A stretch of DNA of 64,000 nucleotides from Candidatus Nealsonbacteria bacterium (GTDB lineage: Bacteria > Patescibacteriota > Minisyncoccia > Minisyncoccales > MHMH01), in assembly GCA_016188865.1 (NCBI GenBank), contig JACPGX010000001.1:205197-269196 (forward strand). Reading direction: 5' to 3'. This document shows positions 9,074 to 18,390 of this stretch, one piece after another. The position numbers were made by a program, and so were the translations under genes. Below the pieces are notes generated by a model, which was not told the origin of the DNA, did no database searches, and saw nothing but the letters and a program-made list of their open reading frames with translations. How positions within the stretch are numbered: position 1 is the first letter of the stretch; each line of letters starts with the position of its first letter.

Positions 9074-10084
9074 TTACTGAAACAGCTTTTTGGCTTCTTC
9101 CCAGATTTCTAGCTGATTCTGTTTCTCTTTCATCCAATACCACCATTCTGCTCCCCAGAAATAGATTTCCTTTAAACCTGTATCTCTGGCAAATCTAACA
9201 TTCTTTTGAAACTGCTCTAAACTCATCGTTTTTTTCTGCTCCTCTGGCAGACAATCGGCAATGCCTTGCGGACACCAGGGCTCCGCCTGAAGTTCGCCCA
9301 CAAACACTTCTTTGCCGAAAAATTTCTTTATAATTTGGGCTCTCCTCCAGTAGAAAATAGGCCTCAATGGATAGGTAATATAGGCTTTTATCTCTCCGAA
9401 CAAAACTTTCCGATGTAAGGTGGTGCTGACCATATCTCCCAGTTTAGCTGCTTTAATCCAAAAGGAAAACTCACCGCTGTCAGAAATAATCGCTGGTCTT
9501 GTTGGGTCTAAAGATTTTATCAGTTCTGTCTCTTTTTTCAAGAAATTTTTATCGAGCCTAATTGAGCATTCTCCGAACGGAAAAAATGGCTCATTCTCCA
9601 CCTGCCACGCCCAAATGGTCTTATTATCTTTATATCTATTTATTATTTTTTCTAAATATTCCAATAAAAAATTTCGACTTTTGATCCGCCAGCTGGCGGA
9701 TTGATTCTGAACTCTAATCCATTCAGGTTCATGGCATTCCGGCCAGCGGCCCGTCTTCACGCCAACTACCAGCAAAACATTTATCCCTCTTTTTTGGGCT
9801 TGCTCTATCTGCCAATCTAAATCTCCAAAATCATATTTTCCCTCTTTTTGCTCAATCAAATCCCAAAAAGTCAGTATCTTTATCTTTTTTACTCCAAGTT
9901 CATCGAGTAAAGCCAAATAGGTCCCCTGCCAATCCAACCCTAAATATTTAGCATGCTTTTGGGAAAAATTAACTCCCCAACTGATATCTGCGGCCGGCTT
10001 TACTGTACCAATAGATAAATAGCCGGCAAAAAGCAAAATAATATTTAAAATTCCGAATATAATCATTTTTATGATTCTTCTCAT
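9074..10084 (-). CDS. Membrane-anchored clan GH-A glycoside hydrolase (GH5-like)
   Basis: Signal anchor, WQVENEP acid/base motif, TIM-barrel-like pattern. Confidence 0.6.
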   Translation of the reverse strand: MRRIIKMIIFGILNIILLFAGYLSIGTVKPAADISWGVNFSQKHAKYLGLDWQGTYLALLDELGVKKIKILTFWDLIEQKEGKYDFGDLDWQIEQAQKRGINVLLVVGVKTGRWPECHEPEWIRVQNQSASWRIKSRNFLLEYLEKIINRYKDNKTIWAWQVENEPFFPFGECSIRLDKNFLKKETELIKSLDPTRPAIISDSGEFSFWIKAAKLGDMVSTTLHRKVLFGEIKAYITYPLRPIFYWRRAQIIKKFFGKEVFVGELQAEPWCPQGIADCLPEEQKKTMSLEQFQKNVRFARDTGLKEIYFWGAEWWYWMKEKQNQLEIWEEAKKLFQ

Positions 10085-10992
10085 TATTTAAAAGCTAATA
10101 AAACTAATCCGGAAACTATGAATAAAACACCGGTAATTTTCTGAAAAAGGGCCATCCCCCCCATTTCTTCTTTCAAAAGCAGGGGTTTCCAACGAAACAG
10201 CAGAAAAACAAAAAACAGCAAGAAGAGGTGCCTTGTCCCTTCTAGGGCGTTAATTATTGGAACTTGGCCGGGTTTTGCCAAAAAAATAGCATAATACTGC
10301 GCAAAGACCCCCAAGCCGCCGATTATCTGGCCGAAAATAAAAAGTCCCGATATTTTTTGAGTAACCTTTTGGGTAAAAATTTCTTTTCTAAATGAAGGGG
10401 TGACAAGCATGCTGCCCAAGAAAATCACCCCGCCTATTGATGTTAGGAAAAATCCGGTTAGGAAATCAGTTTTCATAAAAAGTATTTTTGTTATCAAAAA
10501 AGATAGGGCAAAAAGCAGGGCAGAAAAAAATGGATATTTTAATGTTTTAAAATGAATGAATTCTTTAGTAAATTTTGAGAAGGAAATTACAATAGATCCT
10601 GAAACCAAAAGAACAAAAGCTATAATTTGATATAAATTTACAATTTCTGTTATGGGAAAGTAAAGAAAAAAGAAAATAAAAGCGAAAATCGGCAAAAATC
10701 CGCTGACAGCGGGGACGATCCTTGAAACTTCGCTTCTGATTATCCCTTCAGTTAAAAATAAAATGGCTAAAGCCCTGATCAATCCGCTTGCCAATCCTAC
10801 TAAAATTATACTGACTGCCGGTAAATTTATTCCGAAGGGAATCAGGAGAATGCCCACTAAAAACCACAAAATTACCACATTAAAAGTGTAAATCCTCGGG
10901 CTGGGAATTGAACCAACTAAAAAATAACGATCGAATAAAGAGACGATAGCCAAAAAGAAATAAGCTAAAATGGTAAGCAATAACCAAAACAT
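10084..10992 (-). CDS. Polytopic membrane protein (DMT/EamA-like transporter?)
   Basis: 302 aa with about 10 TM segments. Family call is tentative. Confidence 0.5.
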   Translation of the reverse strand: MFWLLLTILAYFFLAIVSLFDRYFLVGSIPSPRIYTFNVVILWFLVGILLIPFGINLPAVSIILVGLASGLIRALAILFLTEGIIRSEVSRIVPAVSGFLPIFAFIFFFLYFPITEIVNLYQIIAFVLLVSGSIVISFSKFTKEFIHFKTLKYPFFSALLFALSFLITKILFMKTDFLTGFFLTSIGGVIFLGSMLVTPSFRKEIFTQKVTQKISGLFIFGQIIGGLGVFAQYYAIFLAKPGQVPIINALEGTRHLFLLFFVFLLFRWKPLLLKEEMGGMALFQKITGVLFIVSGLVLLAFK

Positions 10993-10994
10993 AG

Positions 10995-12281
10995 TTAGAT
11001 GATTTGTTCAATATTCATTGTTCCCATTTTTTCTCCCTCAATAAAGCCCTCCATGGCAGCTTCAGCCAGATAGCCCTGCCGGATCCAATCATTAAGCCAC
11101 TGGTAAGCATATCTGGGATTTTCCTGCAGGCTGCCAAAACCTGATTTCAAAAGCCACCTTTTGTTAAATTCTTCCTGAGAACCAATGGGCGGGGCTATAA
11201 TTATGGGCAATCCCAAAGCAGAATAAAAAGAAAGCTCGGATGGCTTAGTCCACAAAATATCGGTTTTTCTCAGAGCTTCATTAAATTTCTGAAAATAATC
11301 TTCGATATTTTCTTCAAAAATAATCTCTATACTAGGATTGCCTTTTAGCTTTAATTTTTCTAAATTATGCTCAAAATATTCCTTAACTTTTTCTTTAATG
11401 CCAGCGACTAAAATCACCTTAAGTTCTTTCGCCCATATTTTTACTACCAGCGATTTAGCAATCTGGATGCCGATTTCTCTCTGAGCCCCGGCTCCTCCAA
11501 CGGCAAACATTATAGTTAAAGGATGGTCCGAAGATGATGGTAAGTTTCCAAGATAGGTTTCAAGCAAATGCTCGTATTTGCTAAGGTATCTTTTTTGCGG
11601 ATCTAAATTTAAAATTCTACTGCCCAAATCATCTTTAAGATTGCGCATTTCTTCCCCGTCAATAATATCTTGGGGCAAGGGATACCCTGTAAAAAAAATA
11701 TTCTCCGACTTTATCCCGTAAGCTTTAAGTCTCTCCACCACCCTAAGATTGGGAGCGCAATACTTTATTCTGCTCCTACCCGGCTCGAGGGGGGCCCAGG
11801 TTCTGGAAATGTCGGCATCGGCAACAACGCAAAAAATCTCGCCAGGGTAATTAAAGTATTCAGCCATAAAAGCTGGCACGAAAAACGTAGTGACAAATGG
11901 CAAATTTCCGTTCCTCAATTTTAATTCTTCAATAAGATGTCTGCCCCAGTTTTTTTTAATCAGGGAGTAAATTTGTTTTAGCTGAATATTCGACTTAGAC
12001 AAGTCTCTTTTGGGATAATAGCTTAAAATTTCTTGAAGCTTATCCATAACGGCAAAAGCCAGCTGACCAATGATGGGAATCCGTTTGATCCGGGAAATAA
12101 ATTCATAAAATTTTCTTGATTTTTCCCAGATATTCCTGTCTTTGGAAGGAATTCCTTCGTAATTGTTGGCATTGATGATTTTTCCCTCCAAAGCCAGGTG
12201 CCTCAAAGGATAAGCAGTCCTTTGGTGCCCGTAACCCATGTTTACCGCTACCACCCAGGCTTTTTTAGTTGTACTTGCCAT
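10995..12281 (-). CDS. GT-B glycosyltransferase, MGDG-synthase/UgtP-like
   Basis: N-terminal VAVNMGYGH motif and a central GGAGAQ. Overlaps the comEC stop by 34 nt. Confidence 0.5.
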   Translation of the reverse strand: MASTTKKAWVVAVNMGYGHQRTAYPLRHLALEGKIINANNYEGIPSKDRNIWEKSRKFYEFISRIKRIPIIGQLAFAVMDKLQEILSYYPKRDLSKSNIQLKQIYSLIKKNWGRHLIEELKLRNGNLPFVTTFFVPAFMAEYFNYPGEIFCVVADADISRTWAPLEPGRSRIKYCAPNLRVVERLKAYGIKSENIFFTGYPLPQDIIDGEEMRNLKDDLGSRILNLDPQKRYLSKYEHLLETYLGNLPSSSDHPLTIMFAVGGAGAQREIGIQIAKSLVVKIWAKELKVILVAGIKEKVKEYFEHNLEKLKLKGNPSIEIIFEENIEDYFQKFNEALRKTDILWTKPSELSFYSALGLPIIIAPPIGSQEEFNKRWLLKSGFGSLQENPRYAYQWLNDWIRQGYLAEAAMEGFIEGEKMGTMNIEQII

Positions 12282-13684
12282 ACACGTTTATTGTACCACC
12301 AAATAAAGCCAAACAGAATGAAATAAAAAACTATCAGCCAAAGCCAGTGCAAATTGCCCACAGCCATGGAAACTAACGGCATTTTGCTAAACCAATCAAC
12401 AATTTTCGTAATATATGTCAAAGAAAGCCAAACGGGCCAAGACAATAAAAACCCAAGAGGTTGCAAGATAATACCGAAAATTGCAAAAATAAAAATTAAG
12501 ATAGTAATTGGAGCCAAAAAGGGAACTATTAAAATATTAACAACAGGACTCAATAAGGATATTCTGCCAAAATTATAAGCTAAAATCGGCAAAGTAAAAA
12601 CTTGGGCCGAAAGAGTAGCAGATAAAGTGGTTCTTAATGGAAAAACTTTTGGATTAGGTAAAAGCCTTAGCCAATTTGAAAAATACGGCTCTAAATAAAT
12701 AAGGCCTAAAATGGCTAAAAAAGAAAGCTGGAAACCTACGTCTTTCGTCAAGAGAAAAGGATTTTGAACAAGCATAAAAGTTGCCGCAAAAAATACCGCT
12801 CTTGAGCCGGATGACATGCGTCCTAATTTTTTAGCTAAAATAAAAATAACGGCCATAATAAAAGCCCTGACAGCTGAAGCCTGGGCTCCGATCATTAAAA
12901 TGTAAAGAAAAAGCAAAACTATCGAAATATAAAACGGCGCAAAGGAAGATATTATAGAAGAAATAATGGTTATATTCATTCCGGAAACCGCCGCAATATG
13001 GCGGGTGCCGGTAATATTGAGCTTGTCTTTCCATTCTCGGGAAATATTAGATTCTTGGCCGAAAACTAATGCCTCCAAAAAACCTTCTTGCGGCGGCGAA
13101 ATAAAAGAACCGGCGGTATCTCTAAATTTATTTTTAAAAGATAAAATAATTTCCATTATCGGGTTGCCAAACCCGGAACTCATAAACTCAATTTTTGGAA
13201 AACTCATTACTGCCGTAATGCCGTCTTTTTTAAGATAATCACGATAGTTAAAATCATCGAAAACCGGCGGCATTTCCAAACGGCCAATAATTTTTAGTCT
13301 ATCCCCATAATTATATTTCGGATACCTCCCCGCCGTCACCAAAATCGGGCGAGAACCGTTCTCGCCCGATTTTATCACAAGCTTTATGCTAGCAGGCCTG
13401 ACATCGGGTTCTTTAACCACGATTCCGACAAACTCGACATTCCCTTCTTGGGGATAAACAATTTTTGACTCCGCCATCTGATACCGCCAAATTCCCAAAA
13501 CTAAAAACAGTAAGCAAAATCCGCCCGTAGCCAGTTTTTTATAACGCCAAAAAATTGAAATTAAAAATACTCCAATAATTAAAAAACCCAGTAAAAATAA
13601 CTGGGGCATAAAAATAAATGAACTCGCAAAAATTCCTCCTACAAACGCCAGACAAAAATACAAAAATATCCGCGACTTAGTCAT
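12248..13684 (-). CDS. comEC: ComEC/Rec2 DNA-uptake channel protein (no metallo-beta-lactamase domain)
   Basis: N-terminal TM plus OB-like region, HIAAVSGMNITI, many TM segments. Confidence 0.85.
   Translation of the reverse strand: MTKSRIFLYFCLAFVGGIFASSFIFMPQLFLLGFLIIGVFLISIFWRYKKLATGGFCLLFLVLGIWRYQMAESKIVYPQEGNVEFVGIVVKEPDVRPASIKLVIKSGENGSRPILVTAGRYPKYNYGDRLKIIGRLEMPPVFDDFNYRDYLKKDGITAVMSFPKIEFMSSGFGNPIMEIILSFKNKFRDTAGSFISPPQEGFLEALVFGQESNISREWKDKLNITGTRHIAAVSGMNITIISSIISSFAPFYISIVLLFLYILMIGAQASAVRAFIMAVIFILAKKLGRMSSGSRAVFFAATFMLVQNPFLLTKDVGFQLSFLAILGLIYLEPYFSNWLRLLPNPKVFPLRTTLSATLSAQVFTLPILAYNFGRISLLSPVVNILIVPFLAPITILIFIFAIFGIILQPLGFLLSWPVWLSLTYITKIVDWFSKMPLVSMAVGNLHWLWLIVFYFILFGFIWWYNKRVWQVQLKKPGW
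13341..13373. repeat. REP-3-like hairpin variant in-frame in comEC (aaaatcgggcgagaac-c-gttctcgcccgatttt)
   Basis: 33-nt perfect palindrome translated KSGENGSRPIL. It shares the core cgagaaccgttctcg with REP-3. Confidence 0.85.
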
Positions 13685-13777
13685 TTTTAATTTATATCAA
13701 ATTATTGCATCTAATGGAATCTAGACGACCCCGATCATTAATTCAAAACCACCGAAGATTTATTATCTATCTAAATA

Positions 13778-13823
13778 AAAAAATCGTATTATTATTGCCA
13801 TGGCTTTAATTTTACGATTTTTT
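13778..13823. repeat. Imperfect palindrome aaaaaatcgta..gccatggc..tacgatttttt at the 3' end of the 13822-14400 gene
   Basis: Related to the palindrome at 14414-14449. Could act as a terminator and/or a second operator. Confidence 0.6.
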
Positions 13824-14400
13824 ATAAATTAAACGCTTTCCTTAGCTCTCTGTCATCGCCCAAATTTTCAGCTACCACCAAACGCAACTCTTTTTCTAGC
13901 AAACCAAAAAATGTCCGCAATAAATCTATCTCAGCCCGACAATCGAAAGGATAAACCCAAATGCTTTTCTGAAACTGATAAAATCCCAATGTCTTTAATT
14001 TACTTCTGAAAGCATCTCGATGAAACTTTTTAAGTTGGGCGATGTCAAACATTACCATTCTCCATTTATCGTCCCACTTCTTTGGTTTGGCAATTTTTAA
14101 ATTATCGATCTGCAGCCATCCGGCTTTTTTCTTTCCTTCCCTTGTCAGAGAAATGCATATTTGGTGATTATTTTCTTGAATATTAATTAACCCTTGTTTT
14201 CTAAAATGATAGAAAGTATCAGAAACTTTCTGCTTGGGATATTTTTTAAATTTTTGGTGATATTTTAAAAGATTGGTTAGAAAACAGGGTGAAGTAGCCG
14301 CAATAGACACCGCTCCAGCGATCATTAACCAGCGAAAGATGTCTTTCCCAATTTCCGATTTTGGTTTTGTAAAATAATATTTATATTTTCTTATACTCAT
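13822..14400 (-). CDS. PaaX-like / Cas2-fold domain protein with N-terminal TM and wHTH-like segment
   Basis: WRMVMFDI..LKTLGFYQFQKSIWVYP resembles the Cas2/PaaX_C ferredoxin-fold pattern. No SD sequence before the ATG. Confidence 0.5.
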   Translation of the reverse strand: MSIRKYKYYFTKPKSEIGKDIFRWLMIAGAVSIAATSPCFLTNLLKYHQKFKKYPKQKVSDTFYHFRKQGLINIQENNHQICISLTREGKKKAGWLQIDNLKIAKPKKWDDKWRMVMFDIAQLKKFHRDAFRSKLKTLGFYQFQKSIWVYPFDCRAEIDLLRTFFGLLEKELRLVVAENLGDDRELRKAFNL

Positions 14401-14413
14401 ATTAATAAATAAT

Positions 14414-14449
14414 ATCGTATAATTAACGCCATGGCAATAATTATACGAT
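14414..14449. promoter_or_regulatory. 36-nt near-perfect palindrome (atcgtataatta..gccatggc..taattatacgat); candidate operator over the promoter
   Basis: Lies 14-49 nt upstream of the ATG at 14400 and contains TATAAT-like boxes. Confidence 0.5.
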
Positions 14450-14522
14450 AAATATTATGAATTATCCGTTACTGCTTACCTAAAAATAAAAAAGTGTCGA
14501 AATGACACTCCTTTGGCTACTC

Positions 14523-14807
14523 TTAGTTTATTGTTATTTCTTTTTTGCAGCAAAGACTGAATTTGTATTTTCTTTCATCGACTGAAAGTTCCCGTTCGCA
14601 TCGAGGACAAACGATAATGCCTTCACGCTTTACTAATCGCACTTCATGCGCCACCAAATAGATAGTCGCAACGCCAACTATTAAACCGGCAATCCAATAA
14701 ACGGTTACAGTAAGTATATAGGATAGCCAGACGCCAATTAAAATCCAAAACCATAAAGACCCTCTGGACCGCTTTAACGCCTCCCTCCAGCTTAAACTCT
14801 TCTCCAT
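14523..14807 (-). CDS. Small membrane protein with C-terminal zinc-ribbon (CPRC..CC)
   Basis: 94 aa, 2 TM segments, terminator hairpin at 14492-14511. Confidence 0.55.
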   Translation of the reverse strand: MEKSLSWREALKRSRGSLWFWILIGVWLSYILTVTVYWIAGLIVGVATIYLVAHEVRLVKREGIIVCPRCERELSVDERKYKFSLCCKKEITIN

Positions 14808-14865
14808 TGTTCCTCCCTTATTTTATTTTCAACTAAAAACATCTTAGCAAATGCCTAAAATTATA

Positions 14866-15144
14866 TCAAGCAAAGGTAAATAGGCTGATAAGGCCCTTAA
14901 TGGCTAAAAAGGCGGCAATGCCTAATAAGACAAAGGGATGCATAATGGAAATCCAGCCGGAAACCAATAAAATTCCGGCGCCGATATCTATCAAACTGAA
15001 GAAATTCATAAAGAAAATCAGGCCTTTTAAAATAAGATAAATGCCAAAAGCAATCATCATCCCCCTGGGTATGTCTATATGATAGAAGCTGGCCACAAAT
15101 AACAAACCGGATATGATGTCGGCAAGGCCGAAAAATCTAGCCAT
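14866..15144 (-). CDS. Small polytopic membrane protein
   Basis: Start trimmed to MARFFG (ATG 15142-15144), just after the nrdJ stop. Confidence 0.5.
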   Translation of the reverse strand: MARFFGLADIISGLLFVASFYHIDIPRGMMIAFGIYLILKGLIFFMNFFSLIDIGAGILLVSGWISIMHPFVLLGIAAFLAIKGLISLFTFA

Positions 15145-15146
15145 AA

Positions 15147-17354
15147 TTATATATTGCAAGTTGGGCAGGCGCCTGGCGGCAAATCAGGAATCTGCGGAGA
15201 AGGATCTCTCAATTCCGGAGGAATTTCCTGTTCTGGAATTTTTTCTTTTTCCTCCTTAAGCTGAATTTCTGATTGCCCGCTAGATTTTATATTCAACACC
15301 TGCTGCTGCCGGCTGCCAGTCCTAAATACGGTAACGCCCTTGCATCCCAAATCAAAAGCCAGGAAGTAAGCTTTTCTTACATCATCTTCTGAAGCCTCAA
15401 ATGGGAAATTAATTGTCTTTGATACGGCATTATCTGAGTATTTTTGGAAAGCCGCTTGAATACGAACATGGTCTTCCGGAACAATGTCAAAAGTGGTTAT
15501 AAAAATTTGCCTGATGTCTTTCGGTATCTCTTCAAAATTTTGAATGCTGGGCTCTCCAGAAATTTTTTCAATTAGTTCTTCTGAATAAAATCCTCTCTTT
15601 TTTGCTATTTCCTCAAAGACAGGATTTATTTCTACTAATTCCTGCCCGCCTAAAACATGCTTTCTGGTAAAAGCCACTGTGAATAAAGGCTCTATCCCAG
15701 AAGAACAGCCGGCAATAATGCCGATAGTGCCAGTGGGCGCTATAGTGGTGGTGGTAGCGTTTCTCATTTTTAACAAAGACCCCTCTTTATCGTAAATGCT
15801 GTTCTTAAAATTAGGAAAAGCTCCTCTTTCTTCAGCCAGCTTGGCTGAAGTATTTTTGGATTCATCTTGAATAAATTTCATTATTTTTTCGGCTATGGAT
15901 AAAGCCTCTTTAGAATTATAAGGCATCTCCAATCTAATCAGCATGTCGGCAAAACCCATTACCCCTAAACCAATTTTTCTGTTGCCCTTAGTCATTTCTT
16001 CAATTTGCGGCAAAGGATAGCGGTTTACCTCGACAACATTATCCAAAAAGCGCACCGCGTTAGAAACTGTTTCTCTAAGTTTCTGCCAATTAATTTCCCA
16101 CCTACCCTGAGCCGCGCCGAAGGGTTTTTTTTCTGCAAGCATTTTAGCCAAATTAATACTGCCCAAGTTGCACGATTCGTACGGCAATAATGGTTGTTCA
16201 CCGCATGGGTTGGTGCTTTCAATGTCTCCCAATCTCGGAGTCGGATTAAACTCGTTAATTCTATCAATAAAAATCACTCCGGGGTCGCCCGTCTGCCAAG
16301 CGTAGCGGACAATCATATCAAAAACTTTTTTAGCATTAAGCTTGCCCCAAACTTGGCCGGTTCGCGGATTAATCAAGTCGTAATCTTCCCCCAATTTGGC
16401 TTTTTTCATAAAATCATCCGTGGCGGCAACGGAAATATTAAAATTAGAAAGAATGCCTTCTTCTGTCTTGGCAGTAATAAACTCAAGAATATCAGGATGG
16501 TCTACTCTTAAAATACCCATATTAGCGCCGCGTCTTTTTCCGCCTTGCTTTATGGTTTGAGTAGCTGCATCGAAAACGGTCATAAAACTTATGGGGCCAG
16601 AAGCTACGCCTTTGGTGGATTTCACAATATCGCCCTTTGGCCTTAAACGGGCGAAAGAATAGCCCGTTCCCCCTCCAGACTGATGAATTAAAGCACCATT
16701 TTTTACGGCATCAAAAATTCCATCCATTGAGTCTGGGATCGGGATCACAAAACACGCACTAAGCTGCTGCAGGGGGTTGCCGGCATTCATCAATGTCGGA
16801 GAATTGGGTAAAAATTCCAGAGAAGCCATCATGTGATAAAATTTTTCTTCTATCTGAAATACCTGCTCATCGGTCAAATCCGGCTTATAAATTTTTTCAG
16901 CCGAAGATATATTTTGAGAAACCCTCTTGAATAATTCCTGCGGCGTTTCAACGATTTTACCTTCGTCATTTTTGTTTAAATACCTTGATTCTAAAACTCG
17001 AAGCGCGTTAGAGCTCAATTTTGTCTTAAACTCAAAATTCAATAGCCACCACTTGGCTTCCCTGATTTCCGCTCTTTTCTGGCGATAGGTATGATAAGCA
17101 TGGGCAACTTTTTCCAATCCGTTAGTCTGCAAAACCTCTTCAACAATATCTTGGATTTGCTCCACTCCGGGAATTTTGCCAGCCAATCTTTCATTCAAAA
17201 TTAAAACTACCTTATCTGAAAGACCTCCGGCCAGCGTTTCATTTTCTCCAGTAGCTACTAATGCTTTAGAAACAGCATCGGTAATTTGGCTTTGATCCCA
17301 GTCAACTAGCCTGCCGTCCCTTTTTTTAATTTTTGGAAATTTGCTTTCTGCCAT
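15147..17354 (-). CDS. nrdJ: Class II (adenosylcobalamin-dependent) ribonucleotide reductase with ATP-cone
   Basis: N-terminal ATP-cone, active-site NPCGEQPL, C-terminal Cys pair (CPTC). Confidence 0.93.
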   Translation of the reverse strand: MAESKFPKIKKRDGRLVDWDQSQITDAVSKALVATGENETLAGGLSDKVVLILNERLAGKIPGVEQIQDIVEEVLQTNGLEKVAHAYHTYRQKRAEIREAKWWLLNFEFKTKLSSNALRVLESRYLNKNDEGKIVETPQELFKRVSQNISSAEKIYKPDLTDEQVFQIEEKFYHMMASLEFLPNSPTLMNAGNPLQQLSACFVIPIPDSMDGIFDAVKNGALIHQSGGGTGYSFARLRPKGDIVKSTKGVASGPISFMTVFDAATQTIKQGGKRRGANMGILRVDHPDILEFITAKTEEGILSNFNISVAATDDFMKKAKLGEDYDLINPRTGQVWGKLNAKKVFDMIVRYAWQTGDPGVIFIDRINEFNPTPRLGDIESTNPCGEQPLLPYESCNLGSINLAKMLAEKKPFGAAQGRWEINWQKLRETVSNAVRFLDNVVEVNRYPLPQIEEMTKGNRKIGLGVMGFADMLIRLEMPYNSKEALSIAEKIMKFIQDESKNTSAKLAEERGAFPNFKNSIYDKEGSLLKMRNATTTTIAPTGTIGIIAGCSSGIEPLFTVAFTRKHVLGGQELVEINPVFEEIAKKRGFYSEELIEKISGEPSIQNFEEIPKDIRQIFITTFDIVPEDHVRIQAAFQKYSDNAVSKTINFPFEASEDDVRKAYFLAFDLGCKGVTVFRTGSRQQQVLNIKSSGQSEIQLKEEKEKIPEQEIPPELRDPSPQIPDLPPGACPTCNI

Positions 17355-17362
17355 AGTTGAAA

Positions 17363-17408
17363 GATTACTCTATTTTACCCCGACAAAAAAACGGGGTCAA
17401 AACCCCGT
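17363..17408 (-). terminator. ftsZ-operon terminator with the embedded nrdJ promoter (TTGACC-17-TAAAAT)
   Basis: Stem acggggt/accccgt followed by U7 on the minus strand. The -35 sits in the hairpin, and TAAAAT lies ~17 nt before the nrdJ ATG with no SD. Confidence 0.6.
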
Positions 17409-17442
17409 CAATCCCTCTGGGAATTATCACTTATCCACACCG

Positions 17443-18375
17443 CTATTTTTCTTCAAACCCCGTGGCAATAACCGTGATTTTAATCTCGTCTTTTGAGAGG
17501 CGCTTGTCCAAGACTGCGCCGAAAATAACTTTAGCCCGAGAGTCGGCATTTTTGGTTATGGTTTTTGCCGCCAAGTCAATTTCATTCAAGCTTAAACTGC
17601 TGCCGCCCGAGATATTAAATAAAATTCCCTTGGCTCCCTTAATTGAAAAATCAAGCAAAGGAGAATTGATAGCCAAATTAGCGGCTGTTTCCGCCCTATT
17701 TTCCCCTTTGGCCCTGCCTTGACCGAAAAAAGCGGAACCCGCCTCCCGCATAATAGTTTTAACATCAGAAAAATCAACATTAACAATGCCAGGTATGGTA
17801 ATCAAATCAGTAATTCCCTGCACCGCCTGGCGTAAAACCTCGTCGCAATGCCAAAAAGCTGACAATAATGTAGCAGTTTTATCACCTAATGCAATAATCT
17901 TATCATTGGGAACCACCAAAAGAGTGTCTACTTTTTCTTTAAGAGCCGCCAAGCCTTCCTTAGCCAATTGGTTTCTGTAAGAACCCTCAAAAGAAAAAGG
18001 AAGGGTAACTACTCCCACTACCAGAGCCCCTAAAGATTTAGCTGTCTGGGCCACGACAGGAGCTGCTCCCGTACCCGTGCCCCCGCCAAGCCCGGCAGTC
18101 ACAAAAACCATATCTGCTCCTTTTAAAAGCTGGCTTATTTCTCCCTTATTTTCTTCGGCTGCCAATCTGCCGACTTCCGGATCCATGCCGGCTCCCAGCC
18201 CTTTAGTTAAATTTCTGCCAATGCGCAATTTTTGATGGGCTCTGGCTTTCTGCAGGTCCTGAGCATCGCAGTTAATCACCGCTAAATCCACCCCCTGAAT
18301 TTTACAGGCTGCCATTCTGGAAACAGCATTAGAACCTGCTCCGCCAACCCCAACTACTTTAATTTTTGTAGCCAT
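17443..18375 (-). CDS. ftsZ: Cell-division GTPase FtsZ (short, 310 aa)
   Basis: GVGGAGSNAV and GGGTGTGAAPV. Confidence 0.96.
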   Translation of the reverse strand: MATKIKVVGVGGAGSNAVSRMAACKIQGVDLAVINCDAQDLQKARAHQKLRIGRNLTKGLGAGMDPEVGRLAAEENKGEISQLLKGADMVFVTAGLGGGTGTGAAPVVAQTAKSLGALVVGVVTLPFSFEGSYRNQLAKEGLAALKEKVDTLLVVPNDKIIALGDKTATLLSAFWHCDEVLRQAVQGITDLITIPGIVNVDFSDVKTIMREAGSAFFGQGRAKGENRAETAANLAINSPLLDFSIKGAKGILFNISGGSSLSLNEIDLAAKTITKNADSRAKVIFGAVLDKRLSKDEIKITVIATGFEEK

Positions 18376-18390
18376 AATTTATTTAAAGAG

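Noticed and set aside
8931-9146. Minus-strand 71-aa ORF containing GGPTSRHICREVGP.
   Set aside because: It exists only because it reads through the intergenic PE palindrome and overlaps two real genes. It is useful only in showing the element stays open in that frame.
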